A stretch of 64,000 nt of DNA, taken from contig PSPG01000007.1 of assembly GCA_003193925.1 (NCBI GenBank), forward strand, positions 1 to 64,000, in the 5' to 3' direction. The position numbers were made by a program, and so were the translations under genes. Origin of the DNA: Candidatus Thalassarchaeum betae (GTDB taxonomy: Archaea; Thermoplasmatota; Poseidoniia; Poseidoniales; Thalassarchaeaceae). Positions within the stretch are counted from its first letter, which is position 1. Each line of letters starts with the position of its first letter. Shown here in pieces: positions 46,297 to 55,522 of the stretch. A model generated the notes under the pieces. It made no database searches. It worked only from the letters and a program-made list of their open reading frames with translations, and was not told the origin of the DNA.

Positions 46297-48461
46297 ATCA
46301 AGCGCGTCATCCTCTGCAGCAGCTCGGAGGCAGCCGAGTTGCATTCCGCAGTCCTGAAGCGGCTTATCGCCTCGCGCCAGTGAGAGAGTCTGCGCTCGGG
46401 CTCCAGCACCCCTCTCCAGTACCAGCGCTGGGCGCACAGCCGCCGTTGCATCGCCTGGTCCTCTCGCAGAGGCTCGGTGGCAATCGAAGCGTGAGCCTCG
46501 ACCAGCCATTCGGGAGGGCTTCCGGCGGACTCGAGCGTGGCGTGGATGATTCGTATCCTCTCAGGCAGTTCGTCGCAGGAATCAATGTGAAATCTAGCCG
46601 AGGCTACCGCCTCGTCGGACGCCCTGCCGTCGATGCGCGCTGCCAGTCGGGCGCGTAGGTCCAGCACCTCCACGTTGGGGTGGTTCGGGCCCAATGCGGA
46701 TTCAAGGGCACTGCGCGCCCTCGCGGCAGTCGGCACATCGCCGGTGTCGAGGGCGAGTCCGTGTCGGAGCAGCTCGAGAGCGAGACTGGCAGCGCTGCGA
46801 TCGCCCTCGGGCAGGGTGGAGAGGTCGACTGCTTCGATGGCCCGAGCCAGTTCGTCTGCGAGGCTGGCTCTGATCGGCCCAGGCAGCCGGTCGTCATAGC
46901 GCCGCACAAGGGACGAGATGGTCCGTCTGGCGCGCTCGGCGGGCGGCAGTTCGGCGAGTGCTCTGGCCTCCATCTCGCCAGCGGCTCTTGAATCCCCGCG
47001 CAGGCGTGCGAGCCGCGCGGAGCGCAGCTTCCTACTCGCTCCGACCGTTAGATTCTCGATGTGCGACTCGGCGATCGCTGCCTCGCCGCGCTCTAAAGCC
47101 AAGTCGGCAGCAGCCTCGCGCAGCGATTCCTCGTCGCTGAGCCCGACCGCCTGCTCAATCAGTACCGCTGCGGCCGCGCTGTCCTGCTCGGCGATGCTCG
47201 GCAGGTGCTCCGCCAGCCACTCGGGGTCGGGCTCGCCCGAGTTCAGGAGGTGGTGGCCCTCCATCCTGCGCGCCCTCGCGCCTTCTCGGACAGCCCACTT
47301 GCGCGCCGCTTCGGAGTGAAGAGTCGATGCCTCCTCCTCGGACCACGAGCCACGCCTGACGTTCCGGATCAGGTGATGCGGCTCTACCATGACCCCGCTC
47401 CATCTGAGAATGGCTGAGTCTTCCAGCTCGTCGGTTCCATCTCCGTCGAAGAGTTCGCCCGTCTCGAGGGCGACTGGTGCGAGGCACAGTTCGTCCAAGG
47501 TGCCGACGCCGCGCTCGCTGAGACGTCGGATGACCGTTGCCTCAACGTACTCCTGAACGGCCTTGCCCTTCTCCGGGATGTCCTCCTCGGGCGACCACAG
47601 GTGAAGAGCCAACGGGTGACCTCCGAGCGCCTCGGCCACCTCCCTCGCCGTACCTCGATCGGTGTCCTCCGGGAGCAGCGATGTCGCGTGCTCCGGTGAG
47701 AGGCCCTCCAGCCTGACCTCCTCGAAGCCGTCGGGGATTCCGAATGGGCTGGGCGCCCTGACGACTGCCAGAACCGAGCCGTCACCCGAGCAAGTCTCGC
47801 CTAGAAGTTTCGCCACGCCTCTGGCGTGGCGTGAATGCAGCTCCTGGGCCTCATCCACCACCAACAGCGTCCGGGCGGCGTCTGCCGCGGCGGCGATGGC
47901 GGAAGCCGAGGACGGCGAGCCACCCCCGAGCCACATCTCACCGATTGCGGCAGCGTCGGTGTCAGCGTTGCACGACGCCCATCGCACGGTCCAGCCCTTG
48001 GCGAAGGCTTCCTCGGCCGCGGCGCGAGCGAGGCACGACTTGCCGATTCCCGGGAGGCCGCTGAGGATGATGCTGGAGCCCCCGAGCAGAGAGGAGGAGA
48101 GCGCGCGGGTGTCATCATCCCTGCCGTGGAGAGCGATCGCATCGGGGAGGGGCCCGAAGCGGCGCCCGCGACGCGCTGTGGGAGGGGCCTCGTATCCCGA
48201 GAGGGCCTCGCGACCGGATCCTGTGATGTGAACGACGGTGCGGCGGCGCGAGCCGCCGCCGATGACGTGCGTGCTACGTGTAGTCACGTGTCCCTCGGCC
48301 TCGAGAGCGGACAGCGGCGTGTGGAGGGCCGAGCGAACCACTCCAAGGGACTCGGCTAGGCCCGGCAGGGAGAGCGCCCGGGGGACGTCCCACGCGCCCT
48401 CCAACTCGGTCCCGAACTCGGCCAGGCGGGCTAGGATGCGCAGTTGCGCCTCGGAGAGCAT
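46293..48461 (-). CDS. wHTH + STAND-like P-loop NTPase + helical repeat protein
   Basis: N-terminal HTH (LSLPGLAESLGVVRSALHTPLSALEAEG), Walker A GLPGIGKS, Walker B LLVVDE, LEGLS and GGHPLAL motifs, Ala-rich helical C-terminus. Confidence 0.78.
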   Translation of the reverse strand: MLSEAQLRILARLAEFGTELEGAWDVPRALSLPGLAESLGVVRSALHTPLSALEAEGHVTTRSTHVIGGGSRRRTVVHITGSGREALSGYEAPPTARRGRRFGPLPDAIALHGRDDDTRALSSSLLGGSSIILSGLPGIGKSCLARAAAEEAFAKGWTVRWASCNADTDAAAIGEMWLGGGSPSSASAIAAAADAARTLLVVDEAQELHSRHARGVAKLLGETCSGDGSVLAVVRAPSPFGIPDGFEEVRLEGLSPEHATSLLPEDTDRGTAREVAEALGGHPLALHLWSPEEDIPEKGKAVQEYVEATVIRRLSERGVGTLDELCLAPVALETGELFDGDGTDELEDSAILRWSGVMVEPHHLIRNVRRGSWSEEEASTLHSEAARKWAVREGARARRMEGHHLLNSGEPDPEWLAEHLPSIAEQDSAAAAVLIEQAVGLSDEESLREAAADLALERGEAAIAESHIENLTVGASRKLRSARLARLRGDSRAAGEMEARALAELPPAERARRTISSLVRRYDDRLPGPIRASLADELARAIEAVDLSTLPEGDRSAASLALELLRHGLALDTGDVPTAARARSALESALGPNHPNVEVLDLRARLAARIDGRASDEAVASARFHIDSCDELPERIRIIHATLESAGSPPEWLVEAHASIATEPLREDQAMQRRLCAQRWYWRGVLEPERRLSHWREAISRFRTAECNSAASELLQRMTRLI

Positions 48462-48517
48462 GGCGCGCGAGCGAAGGCACGGGTTCATGGGCGTTCACCT
48501 GCAGCGCATCAACCGAC

Positions 48518-50245
48518 ATGGCCGTTGACCCGACGAATCTGGACTTACCCAGCAAGCCCGGAGTCTACCTTTTTCGAAGGGCGGACGACCGAGTTACTTA
48601 CGTCGGGAAGGCCACTGACCTGCGTTCGCGCGTGAGGTCCTACTTCGCGCCCAACCCCGACCGCGAGATGGTCCCTCGGCTGGTAGGTGACTCGGACCGC
48701 ATCGACTTCATCGTGACCAAGAACCCGAGCGAGGCCCTGATTCTCGAGCGGCAGCTGATCCGCGAGCACAAGCCGCGCTACAACTCGATGCTCAAGGACG
48801 ACAAGTCATACCCTTTCATCGCCCTGACCTCGCACGAGCACCCTCGCATCATCTACACCCGGCATCCACCCGAGGACGCACTTCGCTGGGGACCGTTCGC
48901 GGACGCCGGCGCGGCCAAGCGAGTCATCCAGCTGCTAAGACGCCAGTTCGGCATCCGCGACTGTCCTGAGCTGCTGCCTCAGGGATGCCTCGCGATGCAC
49001 ATAGGGCTATGCCACGCGCCGTGCATCGACCCCTCCGGCTACGACACCCAGGTGAAGGCTGCCGTGAGTGTGCTGGACGGGAATGCCGGAGTTCTCGTCG
49101 AGGCCCTGCAGGGAGAAATGGACCAGGCCTCGGATGGCCTCGACTACGAGGACGCTGCCAAGACGAGAGACCTGATAGGCGCGGTCCAGAGGACCGTCTC
49201 GCAGCAGGTCGTCCACAGCCGGTTCTACCAAGACTGCGATGCTATCGGCTTCGCCTCCCGCGGCGACACCGGCGTCGTGGTAGTATTGAATGCCAAAGAC
49301 GGGGTCGTACAAGGCCAGTTGGAGTACCCGCTAATCCACCGTGGCGACATCGCCGAATCGGTGGCTTGCGTACTGGCCGAGCACTACGCGGGCACCCGCC
49401 CACCGCACATCGTGCTGGTCCCGGCCCCCATCGGCGAGTCGATGGGTGACTGGCTCGCAGAGCGGCGCGGCGGCGCGGTCGAGGTCAGAGTGCCGCAGCG
49501 CGGCGAGTTGGCGCGGCTGCGCAGGATGGCTGACCAGAACGCCGACATCCAGGTCGTGCGCCACCAGAAAGGGCGCTCCGGCAGCCTCGAGCAGGCTGCC
49601 GCTGACGACGGAGCCGGGATGCTCGGATTGGACTCCCTCGACCACATCGTCTGCTTTGACATGGCTCAGTTGCAGGGCGAAGAGCGGGTCGGCGCCTCGG
49701 TGGTGCTGCGCAAGGGCCGCCCTGCCAAGAAGGAGTACAGGACCTATCGAGTCAAGACCGACGCACCCGACGACCTGCGAATGATGGTCGAAGTCGTCGA
49801 GCGCTGGCTCAAGCGCCAGGACGGCTGGCCAGACATGCTGCTGCTCGACGGCGGCCAGACCCACCTCTCGGCCATCCAGAGGATGCTCGACGGCCACGGT
49901 CTGACAGGACGCTTCCCTGTGGCCGCCCTGGCCAAGCGCGAGGAGACCCTTCACATGGAAGAGCGCGAGCCTCTCGTCCTAGGCAGGCACGGCAGGGTAC
50001 TCGTGCACGCTCGCGACGAAGCACATCGCTTCGTCAACCGCTACCACAGGAAGCGGCGCGGCAAGGGCGCCATGGACGACCCGCTAGAGGAGATCGAGGG
50101 CTTGGGCGCGAAGAAGATCCAAGCGCTGCTGCGCCACTTCGGGGGCAGGAGGGGGATCGATCACGCGAGCGTGAGGGAGTTGCGCGAGGTCCCGGGCATA
50201 GGCAAGGCGATGGCGGAGCGGATCCACGGTCATCACAACGGCTAG
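48518..50245 (+). CDS. uvrC: Excinuclease ABC subunit C
   Basis: PGVYLF..YVGKA..LRSRVRSYF GIY-YIG, PRYNSMLKDDKSYP, CFDMAQ, PDMLLLDGG, RDEAHRF, HhH GIG. Confidence 0.96.
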   Translation: MAVDPTNLDLPSKPGVYLFRRADDRVTYVGKATDLRSRVRSYFAPNPDREMVPRLVGDSDRIDFIVTKNPSEALILERQLIREHKPRYNSMLKDDKSYPFIALTSHEHPRIIYTRHPPEDALRWGPFADAGAAKRVIQLLRRQFGIRDCPELLPQGCLAMHIGLCHAPCIDPSGYDTQVKAAVSVLDGNAGVLVEALQGEMDQASDGLDYEDAAKTRDLIGAVQRTVSQQVVHSRFYQDCDAIGFASRGDTGVVVVLNAKDGVVQGQLEYPLIHRGDIAESVACVLAEHYAGTRPPHIVLVPAPIGESMGDWLAERRGGAVEVRVPQRGELARLRRMADQNADIQVVRHQKGRSGSLEQAAADDGAGMLGLDSLDHIVCFDMAQLQGEERVGASVVLRKGRPAKKEYRTYRVKTDAPDDLRMMVEVVERWLKRQDGWPDMLLLDGGQTHLSAIQRMLDGHGLTGRFPVAALAKREETLHMEEREPLVLGRHGRVLVHARDEAHRFVNRYHRKRRGKGAMDDPLEEIEGLGAKKIQALLRHFGGRRGIDHASVRELREVPGIGKAMAERIHGHHNG

Positions 50246-53205
50246 TCTTCCCGCCAGTCGGGCGGTTTCTCGGATTCCTCTTCCTCGAAGTAAGCCTCGT
50301 CCACAACCACGACCTTGTCGTCGAACTTACCGAACTCGGCCTCCATGGCCAGTTCGGCCAGCCTCTGCTCCTCGGCGGCGGTCGTCTCCTTCCGCTCCTC
50401 CTTGCGCTCCTTCCTGAGCCTCCTGCGTCTGCTGATGAGCATCCCGATTGCGAAGAGTAGGACGAAGATGTAGGGAGCGAGCTCGCCGAGCACGAACATC
50501 CAGCTGACCTCGACTGTGTAGGTCACCGTGTCCGTGTTCTTGCTGCACTGCGCCCAAGTCGTCGCATCGGGGCATACGGGGGTCCTGTAGATCACCACCT
50601 GCCTTCCGTCGACCTCGGTCAGCTCTCCGAGCCCCATCTGGCTCTCGAAGGTGAGCAGCCTGATCGAGCTCGGCAGGTGAATCTCAATCCTAGCCGAGGA
50701 GCGGATAGTGCCGAAGACCATGTCCTCCATGATCGGTGGAATCTCGATGTAGCCCACCGCGTCCTCGACCTGGATTCCCGAGTCGGTGAATACCGGCGAT
50801 CCGAAGGCCATCGACAACCTGTTGGCAATCGCGAGACCGATTGCGGCCGGCTGCACTCTGACGTCGATCCCATCACCGTGCAAGGAGGCTCTTACTAAGG
50901 CGTCGTCAATCTTCGAGCCGAGGCGTAGTGGCACGCTGTCACCGACCTCGGCGTTGCTGGGCATGGTGATGGTGTCGAACGAGGCGACGAACGGAGTCGC
51001 GGTGAAATCACCCTCGAAGGTGTACTCTCCGAAACCGAAGTCCATCGGCACCGTCGTGATTGGCCCGTAGGACGCGATGAGGTCGCTTGACATCGAGGTT
51101 ATCGTCTCGGCGAGCTGCTGCATCCCCTCGTTGGAGATCTCGACATCGATGATGTCGCCCACGCCGAGGTCGAGGGGTGCCTCGAGGTCGGAGCCCGCGA
51201 GCAGCCCACCGATGCGACGGTCTCCGATCACCATCATCCTCCTCAGTAGGTCTGAAGGCACCGGATGGAGTTGTATCCCCTCTTCGTCGAAGTCGATCCC
51301 GAGCCTGTAGATTTCGAGCACGACCTCGGCTGAGAACTCGACCTCCACTGCGAATCCGGTCTCTCGTATCGCGAACTTCTCGATGTCGACCCTGATGTCA
51401 AATGAGACACAGGTCTTCTGATTCGATCCGCAAATCAGGTCGGAGCTATCGTCCTCGCAGGGGTCTGACTCGATGCAGATGGGGTGCCTCCAGTCGAACA
51501 GCCTGGTCCCGGTGAAGCCGAATTCCTGCTCACCGCCACCGCTCATGGGGGCGTGGATGACCACGGTTGACGAATCGCCGATGGTGGATTCTATCCACTC
51601 GGGCAGATGCAGGGTGAGCCTGAACTCGGTGCTGGGCATGTCGTCTGGTAGCAGGTCCTGTAGCCAGCCCGTGTCGGATGAGAGTTCGACCTCGACCACG
51701 TTCATCATCGAGGCCATGTCCTCGTCGGTCACAACCGAGAGGTCGATGCTGGTGATGTCGCCGCCGCTGTTCTCCAGCATGTTCTGGATCACCGTGGTAA
51801 CGCGCATCGGGGTGGATTGGGAGGTGGTCTGCAGCACCACGGGCCAAGTCCCGTCCATGGCATGCCGCCCGTCGATGCAGTACCTGACTTCGAGGGACTC
51901 GTCGCAAGTCTCGCCCGGGGTGTGATGGAAGCCGAGGCCCCCCTCGTCGTCTGCTTCGGCGAATTGCGGGGTGCCGAACCAGATGTCGGCACCGAGGGCG
52001 TTGGAGAAGGCCGTCGACATCTCCTCGATGGGGATTCCCTCGAGGATGGCAGTGAGGTCCTCGTCGACCTCCTGATCGAGCATCCTGATGCCATCGGAGG
52101 TCACCCAGGGGAATTCGATGGAGCCATCGTGGAGTTCCGCGCCCCACTCGTCGAGCGTCTGCGAGCCCAGATGGTGGATGGCTATCTCTAGGTCGAAGCG
52201 CGAGTTCTGAGTGTCGGTGGCATCAACGATCAGGTCGATGACGAGCGAGGGCTCGGTCGGGTCGATGCTGGCCGTCGGGGTGTCGAGCTCGCGGTGGACG
52301 AGCCTCGAGACCAGTTCCACCGCGTTGGTGTTGGCCTCTGTGACGGCCTGGGTGTTGTCGATATGCAGTATCGAGTACATCTGGGGGTGGCCGTCGAGCA
52401 TCCTCGCCCTCCTAGCACCGGGAGGCTCGACGCTCTGCACGTTGGCGTAGGGAGGGGGGAAGACCGAGAGTTCGATGGAGTGGCCCATCGGGGAGCTAGC
52501 GGAGAAATCGGAGTTCAGGGTCGCCCCCATGGTTAGCAGCCCCTGCATCATGCGGTTGATGTCAGAGGTCTCGGGCTTGAGCCCGAAGGAGTTGGAGTCG
52601 ACTTCCATCTGCAGTACGGCCTCGAAGCAAAGGGGCGGGTGGAACGGGTCGTTGTCGAAGCCGTTGACCTCGTCGATAGAGTCGGAGTCAGGATTGTAGA
52701 CGCAGGTGGCGTCCGGCTGCGACTTGAAATCGATCTCTGACACCGTCGTGATGGTGGTCGTGTTGACGTTCGGGAAGTTGATGTCGATGAACTCCTCCAT
52801 TATCTCCTCGACCCTCTCCAGCATCAGCTCGGAGACCGTGTCGCCGCCGCGGTCCAGGCTCTGGTAGTTCCGGATGTAATCAGCGGGTATGCCGTCCCAG
52901 GGCTTGCTATCCCCCCCGAGGTCGAGGTCATCCAGCCCGAGGTCTTCCCTCGACATCTCGTGGACCACCAGACCCACGCTCATCTCGACCATCTCCGCGT
53001 CCTCGATGTCGATCTCCACAGAGCTCCTCATCCACTCGTCACCCGGAGTGTGGTCAAGCGCCGAGTCGTAGTCGTCGCAGACGCCGCTCGCGCTGTTCCA
53101 AGTCGAGCAGATGTCGTTCTCCACATCGGGCTGTCCGGGTGGCGGGTCAGCCACGGCCAGAGGTGCTAGGAACAGCAGAACCAACAGCACGGCGGCGCGC
53201 TTCAT
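50242..53205 (-). CDS. Large acidic secreted protein with C-terminal TM anchor, function unknown
   Basis: Signal peptide MKRAAVLLVLLFLAPLAVA; 987 aa; TM followed by RRRRLRK stop-transfer. Confidence 0.8.
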   Translation of the reverse strand: MKRAAVLLVLLFLAPLAVADPPPGQPDVENDICSTWNSASGVCDDYDSALDHTPGDEWMRSSVEIDIEDAEMVEMSVGLVVHEMSREDLGLDDLDLGGDSKPWDGIPADYIRNYQSLDRGGDTVSELMLERVEEIMEEFIDINFPNVNTTTITTVSEIDFKSQPDATCVYNPDSDSIDEVNGFDNDPFHPPLCFEAVLQMEVDSNSFGLKPETSDINRMMQGLLTMGATLNSDFSASSPMGHSIELSVFPPPYANVQSVEPPGARRARMLDGHPQMYSILHIDNTQAVTEANTNAVELVSRLVHRELDTPTASIDPTEPSLVIDLIVDATDTQNSRFDLEIAIHHLGSQTLDEWGAELHDGSIEFPWVTSDGIRMLDQEVDEDLTAILEGIPIEEMSTAFSNALGADIWFGTPQFAEADDEGGLGFHHTPGETCDESLEVRYCIDGRHAMDGTWPVVLQTTSQSTPMRVTTVIQNMLENSGGDITSIDLSVVTDEDMASMMNVVEVELSSDTGWLQDLLPDDMPSTEFRLTLHLPEWIESTIGDSSTVVIHAPMSGGGEQEFGFTGTRLFDWRHPICIESDPCEDDSSDLICGSNQKTCVSFDIRVDIEKFAIRETGFAVEVEFSAEVVLEIYRLGIDFDEEGIQLHPVPSDLLRRMMVIGDRRIGGLLAGSDLEAPLDLGVGDIIDVEISNEGMQQLAETITSMSSDLIASYGPITTVPMDFGFGEYTFEGDFTATPFVASFDTITMPSNAEVGDSVPLRLGSKIDDALVRASLHGDGIDVRVQPAAIGLAIANRLSMAFGSPVFTDSGIQVEDAVGYIEIPPIMEDMVFGTIRSSARIEIHLPSSIRLLTFESQMGLGELTEVDGRQVVIYRTPVCPDATTWAQCSKNTDTVTYTVEVSWMFVLGELAPYIFVLLFAIGMLISRRRRLRKERKEERKETTAAEEQRLAELAMEAEFGKFDDKVVVVDEAYFEEEESEKPPDWRED

Positions 53206-53266
53206 ACTGTTAGACACGCACTTCTGACCATAAGTCTGAATCCAAAATGCTTCAGCCTCAGGTCAG

Positions 53267-54157
53267 ATGCGCAGGGAGGACCCGCACCGCCGTCTGGCCG
53301 AAGCGGTGGGCGGGCTGCTCGCGGAGCAAGGGGCTTCGGATGAGGAGTGCATAGCACTCCTCGAACTGCTTCCGAGCAAGTGGGAGAGGTTCTCCGACGT
53401 CGTCCTGCTGCCGAGTTCGGCGTTCCGCGAGGAGTGGGATGAATACACCTCGGACGGCCTCTGGAGGGCTGTGGCTGGGGCAATCGGGGCCGACAGGGTC
53501 GGCAGGGTGGGCGAAATCTCGGGCGAGATGCGCGAGAGCTCGGCGGAGATGCTGCTGGGTGATGACGACTGGGTGATGCGCCGCGAGAGCGGGGTCGAGT
53601 ACGGCTACAACCTCACCCGGTGCATGTTCTCTGCTGGCAACATCAACGAGCGTCGCAGGATGGGCGAGGCGGCCCTCGCCGGTGAGGTCGTCGTCGACCT
53701 CTACTCGGGCATCGGCTACTACACGCTGCCGATGCTCGTCCACTCGCAAGTCGAGCACGTCCACTGCTGCGAGTGGAACCCAAATGCGGTGCGGGCGCTC
53801 GGTTCGAACCTCGAGAGCAACGGAGTGGCCGAGCGCTGCACCATCCACGTCGGTGACAATCGGATCACTGCGGCAAACCTCATCGGGATAGCTGACCGCG
53901 TCGTGCTGGGACTGCTGCCGACGTCGGAGGATGGTTACGAGGTCGCCATGGCTGCCCTCGGGCCATCCGGTGGGACCCTGCACGTCCACGGCGTGGCAGC
54001 AGCGGACGATCACGCCTCCTGGGCCCGGGGAGTCAGGCGGAGCCTGCAGGAAATCGAGCCCGGCTGCTCGCTCGAGGCTGGGCGGCCGATCAGGGTGAAG
54101 AGCTATGCTCCGCACTGGGACCATATGGTGCTTGACGTGGCGGTGTCCCGTCTCTAG
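53267..54157 (+). CDS. Trm5/TYW2 (Taw2)-family SAM-dependent tRNA modification transferase
   Basis: ESGVEYGYNLTRCMFSAGNINERRRM, VVDLYSGIGYYTLP, CEWNP, ADRVVLGLLP, VKSYAP..HMVLD. Confidence 0.88.
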   Translation: MRREDPHRRLAEAVGGLLAEQGASDEECIALLELLPSKWERFSDVVLLPSSAFREEWDEYTSDGLWRAVAGAIGADRVGRVGEISGEMRESSAEMLLGDDDWVMRRESGVEYGYNLTRCMFSAGNINERRRMGEAALAGEVVVDLYSGIGYYTLPMLVHSQVEHVHCCEWNPNAVRALGSNLESNGVAERCTIHVGDNRITAANLIGIADRVVLGLLPTSEDGYEVAMAALGPSGGTLHVHGVAAADDHASWARGVRRSLQEIEPGCSLEAGRPIRVKSYAPHWDHMVLDVAVSRL

Positions 54158-54194
54158 CCGTCGAACTCAAGGCGAGCGACCCTAGCCCGCAGCC

Positions 54195-54878
54195 ATGGTC
54201 GCAGACTGGTTGCTCGAGGCTGCAGCGCAGTACAACGAGCAGTCGCTCGAAGGCAGGGACGCCTACCCCGCGCACATACTGATGCCGGTCGAGGCACTCG
54301 CGCAGATACTCGACTGGACCTTCCAGTCCCTGCCCGACGAGATACTCGTGGGAATGGACGTGAATGCCGAGATGCCGCACAGGAGGGAGGTCGAAGACGC
54401 GTACTGCGGCGTCGACTTCGAGAGTGGGCTGTTCTCGGGGCAGGGATTCGTGCTCGGCGAACCGCATCTGGTCAACCGCGGCGACTCGTACTCGGTCCAC
54501 CACGTCCCCGAGGAGTGGATGGATGGCCTGTTCTCCGAGGACCGGGGCGTGCGCGGCGGTCGCTTCTCGCACTGGCTGCACACCCACCCCAACGCCCCGG
54601 CGATACCCAGCGAGGCGGACGCCGAGGCCGCGCAGTGGACCGAAGGAAGTGACATGATCCTTGGCGTTCGCTACTCCCCCGAGGGGATGCTGCCGTGGTT
54701 CGACGACATCGAGGGCGAGCGCAGAGAGCTGTCACCCGAGGAGGACGGTCGTCCCGTCATCGGCAGGGCGATCACCGGTCACCTGATCCACGGACTGGAG
54801 CTGATCTCCTTCCACAGGAGGGGTTTCGCGGTGAACGTGGTGCTGACCGATACTGAGGGCTTGCCAATCGGTTGGTAG
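54195..54878 (+). CDS. JAMM/MPN+ (Mov34) metalloprotease domain protein
   Basis: PDEILVG ... WLHTHPNAPAIPSEAD fits E-xn-HTH-x7-S-x2-D. Confidence 0.75.
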   Translation: MVADWLLEAAAQYNEQSLEGRDAYPAHILMPVEALAQILDWTFQSLPDEILVGMDVNAEMPHRREVEDAYCGVDFESGLFSGQGFVLGEPHLVNRGDSYSVHHVPEEWMDGLFSEDRGVRGGRFSHWLHTHPNAPAIPSEADAEAAQWTEGSDMILGVRYSPEGMLPWFDDIEGERRELSPEEDGRPVIGRAITGHLIHGLELISFHRRGFAVNVVLTDTEGLPIGW

Positions 54879-54896
54879 ACTCTCGTGAGTTCGGAC

Positions 54897-55442
54897 TCAC
54901 GAGGATTGGTCTCTGAAGACGTGCTCGCGGTAATGCTCCAATTCGGCTATGCTGCCTCTGATGTCGTCGAGTGCGCGGTGCCCTGCTGGCTTGGTCGCCC
55001 GGGGGAGGTCGGGGTACCACCTGTCGACCAGTTGCTTGATCGAGGTCACATCGACGCTGCGGTAGTGGAAGAAGGCGTGCAGCTCGGGCATGTACCGGCG
55101 CAGGAAGCGCCTGTCATGGCTGATGGTGTTGCCACATAGAGGGGGGACCCCCGCTATGCAGTGATCATGCAGGAACTCGAGGGTCAGAGCCTCGGCCTCG
55201 GCCATCGGCATCCCATCGTTCCTGACCCTGTCGAGCAGCCCGTTCTCGGTATGGTGGGTGAGGTTCCACTCGTCCATCTTGGCCAGCTCCTCCTCGGGCT
55301 GGGCTATCGCGATGGCAGGCCCCTCGGCGACCACGGTGAGGTCGCCCTCGGTGACTATGGTAGCGATTTCGATGATCGTGTTCTCCTCCGGCTCCAGCCC
55401 GGTCATCTCGAGATCGATCCAGACCAGTCGCTCGTCGACCAT
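54897..55442 (-). CDS. orn: Oligoribonuclease
   Basis: LVWIDLEMTGL, IIEIATIVT, PLCGNTISHDRRFL..YMPEL..FFHYR.VDVTSIK, HRALDDI..SIAEL..Y. Confidence 0.95.
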   Translation of the reverse strand: MVDERLVWIDLEMTGLEPEENTIIEIATIVTEGDLTVVAEGPAIAIAQPEEELAKMDEWNLTHHTENGLLDRVRNDGMPMAEAEALTLEFLHDHCIAGVPPLCGNTISHDRRFLRRYMPELHAFFHYRSVDVTSIKQLVDRWYPDLPRATKPAGHRALDDIRGSIAELEHYREHVFRDQSS

Positions 55443-55522
55443 GCGACTGGCGCTGGCGGGACGGTCTTAGGGGTTCTCATCCCAGGGCGAGTATCATAGC
55501 GCCCGGACCGTGCGCATGGGCG

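Noticed and set aside
53258-54124. 288-aa minus-strand ORF and the many other 60-290 aa alternative-frame ORFs
   Set aside because: Fully overlap well-supported genes, mostly Arg/Pro/Ser-rich, no recognisable domains
54195-54878. JAB protein as part of a CBASS or Bil anti-phage system
   Set aside because: No CD-NTase, E1/E2 or effector nearby; neighbours are housekeeping genes
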